DNA of 64,000 nt from Paraspadella gotoi (Eukaryota > Animalia > Chaetognatha), in NCBI GenBank assembly GCA_051294375.1, contig CM119270.1:12151676-12215675 (forward strand), given 5' to 3'. Positions within the stretch are counted from its first letter, which is position 1. Each line of letters opens with the position of its first letter. The translations under genes and the position numbers were made by a program. The notes under the pieces are model-generated. The model was not told the DNA's origin, did no database searches, and saw only the letters and a list, made by a program, of their open reading frames with translations. Positions 60,270 through 64,000 of this stretch are shown one piece after another.

Positions 60270-61260
60270 ATTGAAGAGTTCATCTTATCTTTTATTAGAA
60301 TAAAAAAATCCGAACTGATGACAAAAGAAAAAAAAACACGTTCGGAAATCTTATGAGTTAAAAACGATGACGTATTGGAAACCTTGTAATCAATTTTTAC
60401 GCATTATGCATTATGCAATCAATATTAAAAAAAAAACATCAATTTGGGATACAATGCTAATTTTTTATTATGAATGTTTTCTTTTAATTCAACTATTCAG
60501 TGCATACGATGACACTTAACGATCTGCAATCAAGATTATTATGAAAATGAAGCAGCAGAAAACATTTTTAAGGCGACTCCGGGCCATTTGGAATTGTAAC
60601 CATAAACTTTTGTAGTTTATTTCCTCTAAGACTAAGAATAAAATCGGAAAAAGGCCGCTTTCAAAGAATACAAATAACTTTTGTGGATGTAGGAGAATAG
60701 GTTTTTCATGAGTTGACAATTGGAATAAACTAATCTCATTCGGACTTTCTCTATAAAAACGATTGTGCTTACGGAAGAAAAAAGCATTGCAAAAGTCACG
60801 AGGATTGCAGAGTAGAAATCTCTTTTTTAGTTCTTTCTTTTTTCTTAAACGTCTCTATTTCTTTCCTTTAGTCGCCTCTTTTTTTTTTCTTTTTTTTTTC
60901 CTTCTCCCTCCTTTCCTTCTTTTCTCAAACGTCGGAGACTGGGATTTTCTCATCGACAGAATCTGAAGGACTCGGGACATTGATGCAGTTGATCCCTTTG
61001 CATCTGATGCGATCAAATGCGTAGAAGAGAAAACGAAGACGACGACGACGACGACGGCGACAAAGAAGACTACGACGAGATGGTCATCTAAGCAATGGAC
61101 AGAGGCTACGTCAGGAAAGATAAGGAAGATCACGAAAGATTTAGGTGAGCAAATCTTTTGCAGCGGCGAAACAGGGAAAACAAAACAAAAAGATAATCTT
61201 TATGATGTATTTGGGTTGTTCCAAACTATGAATATGATAAAATGACAAATGAATTTAATG

Positions 61261-61357
<97 letters not shown>

Positions 61358-62074
61358 CAATAGATAATAGAATGCACGGAAAAAATAACAAGAAAAAAAA
61401 AGTTAGTAATGTATAAAGAAAGAAAAGAGAATAATCTCTATAAATTATATATATACATACTGTAGCTGCCTAATTGAACATAAATTAACAAACAAAATTG
61501 TAGAGGATAATAAGCTGAGTAAATGTAAAACTGATAAGAAATAACACACGATTAATAAATGCTACAACAATATGAGAAAGTGTTAAGATTCTGAAAGTAC
61601 TAACGAACAAAAATGGTGTTGTAAAGCAATCCAAATTAGTCATCTTAAAATAGTTTAGCGTCAAAACTTGAAGAAAAGAGGAAACTCTTTATTATCGTCA
61701 AAATCAGACATAGTGATTTTTTGGCGCAAGATTAAAATAAGTATAAAGATTTTTATCTCCTTTTCTTTTCTTTTTATTTTATCGCCGATGATTTTAATCA
61801 ATGTAAATGATTCGAAGGCAAAACGAGAAAAAAGTTTTAATGAGAAAAAAAAGCGACAAATGAAGACGATGGCGACGAAAACATTCGATGACAGCGAAGA
61901 AAAATGAGAGAATGACGAAGAATAAAAACATGAATTCCCGTTTCCTTCGCTCATCTCTCTCTCTCTCTCTCTCTCCCCTCGTTCTCTCTCTCGTTCTGTC
62001 GAAAGAACAAGAATAGAAACCGTATTCTCTCTCGTCCCTGTCTACCGAAAAAATCCCCGAGCGAGAGAGGAGAC

Positions 62075-62208
<134 letters not shown>

Positions 62209-62533
62209 TTCACGCTTCTCATTCTCCTCGCCTCCGGCCAACCTTACCCTTTTCCTCTTCCTCTTCCTCCTCCCCCTTTTTCCCACATTAAACGCCTGTT
62301 AGAGAATAAATCGCCGCCTCGAAGGAGCGCCGGTTCCTCTTCCACCCATCTCCTCTTCCCTCTCCCATTAGTCATTCTCTCTATCTTCCTCTTCTCTCTA
62401 TCCGCGCGTCGCCCCTCAAACAAACACGCGACTCTCGAGGAGGGGGTTTCGCCAAGCAAAGGAGAAAACTCGTTGCTCTTCCCCCTCCCATAGGAAACCT
62501 TATGATGCCTTCCCGTCGTCCCGTGTTGGGGTT

Positions 62534-62660
<127 letters not shown>

Positions 62661-64000
62661 CTGGAATTGGCACCAAAAAGCGCATTGATGGAGGGGGGTA
62701 TGTCAATGGTTGCAACAGAAAAAAGAGCAGGAGGAATGAAAGCATAAGAACAGGAAACAGAATGAGAGTTAATTATAAAATTGGTAAAATTACATATAAA
62801 ACTATCTTAAGGAGGTAATGCGTAAAAATGGCGTATTGTTTTCATATAAAAAATATTATTTTGACTGAAATTTTCTGAAATTTTCTGAGATGTAAAGAAA
62901 TAATAAACCTTATGCACAAGGCGATGTAGACAATTAAAAATAAGGACAAAGTAAAATTAAAAAAGAAGATAAAAAAAGGAAGTTTTATCGCGAACACTTT
63001 CTCGGATTTGCTGGGCGAAGAGATGCACTGCTATATTCAAATTCTGACACACTTTCACATGACGGTCATGACATGGGGCCCTTGCAGAGATGAACGAACT
63101 ATATTATTTTTAAATAGTGGAAACTAAAGATAAGACAGATTTTTGGGTCGAAGGGCAAAAAAGAGTTTGAGTGAAAGAATAGAAAAGAAGAAATGATAAA
63201 AAAAACACGATCTTCTCAATATTTTTTTTTTATCGAAACATTCTGTTTGCTTCGAAATATTAAAATAAAGATTAGATTTGATCGTATTGGGCGAGCTTGA
63301 TTTTTTTTTCATTTCGTGTTAAAGGCGGCATTATTTTGGAGTTCATTGTGCTAAAAAAATCGCCGATACTATAGCTAATTAACTTGATTATTTTTCAGGG
63401 AAATTAATCTCTTTTTCTCCCGTTACATTTCCTGTCCAAGAGCCTCACTCTCCCTTTTACTCACCCGCGGTTATCATCATCGTCGCTTATTCCTAAAAAG
63501 AGTATTAATTATGCTAATCGGTTTTCGAGGGTCGAGAAAGACGACGACGACGACGACGACGGTGACCACTCGAGTGAGTCTCCGGTTCTCGTCTCATTCC
63601 CTACTCTGGCGGCGAGTCACCAAAGACTAAAGAACGTAAGTAAGAGAGATAGAGAGGGAGAGAGAGAGTGAGTGAAGTGAGGATCGCCACCCGAGCGAAT
63701 CAGCGTGAGACGACATGGAGAGGGACGGGCCAGGGGGGTGCCACCACGAGGGAGGCGAGGGTGGAGAGAGAGGGAGAGACGAGTGAGAGAGGATGAGAGA
63801 TTTGAGAGAGAGAGAGAGATGAGAGTGAGAGAGAGAGAGAGAGAAATCGTAAAAAGAGGTAAGGCAAGAGACTCGTGGCGCGGGTGAGGTCAGCTGCGCG
63901 CGGACGTGGCGTCGTATGGGGTAAGCTCGAATCGTGGGAACGTCGAACGAATTCTGGGTTGAGTGAGTCGCGAGAAAGGTAAGGGAAGTATATTGTTTAA

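Overview
Draft-assembly window from an intron-rich animal genome, with 10 N-gaps (four exactly 25 N) and dense GA, GAC and AAAG microsatellites. I built two multi-exon genes by hand on the minus strand. (1) A GATA1/2/3-class transcription factor (59494->34391, 7 coding exons, two CX2CX17CX2C fingers, C-terminus ...PMVGAMA*). It has an apparent 1-nt frameshift in exon 2 and a gap in the last exon. (2) A large membrane-protein gene (29318->12485): signal peptide, a discoidin/F5-8C-like domain, nine six-cysteine Sushi/CCP modules and one TM helix. This appears to splice in frame onto a divergent XK-related (XKR scramblase family) multi-pass domain. The putative receptor-scramblase fusion is the most interesting result. 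Also present: a decayed, apparently RT-less BEL/Pao LTR retroelement (1-4300), a possible plus-strand gene tail with two microexons, tRNA-derived SINEs, a hairpin-rich intronic repeat and several minisatellites. Large near-duplicate or inverted blocks (15190-20951, 31950-34453, ~36653-42250, 14480-14690) look like noisy long-read gap-filling artefacts. No database searches were run, so family calls rest on recognised motifs. The species cannot be identified from this window.
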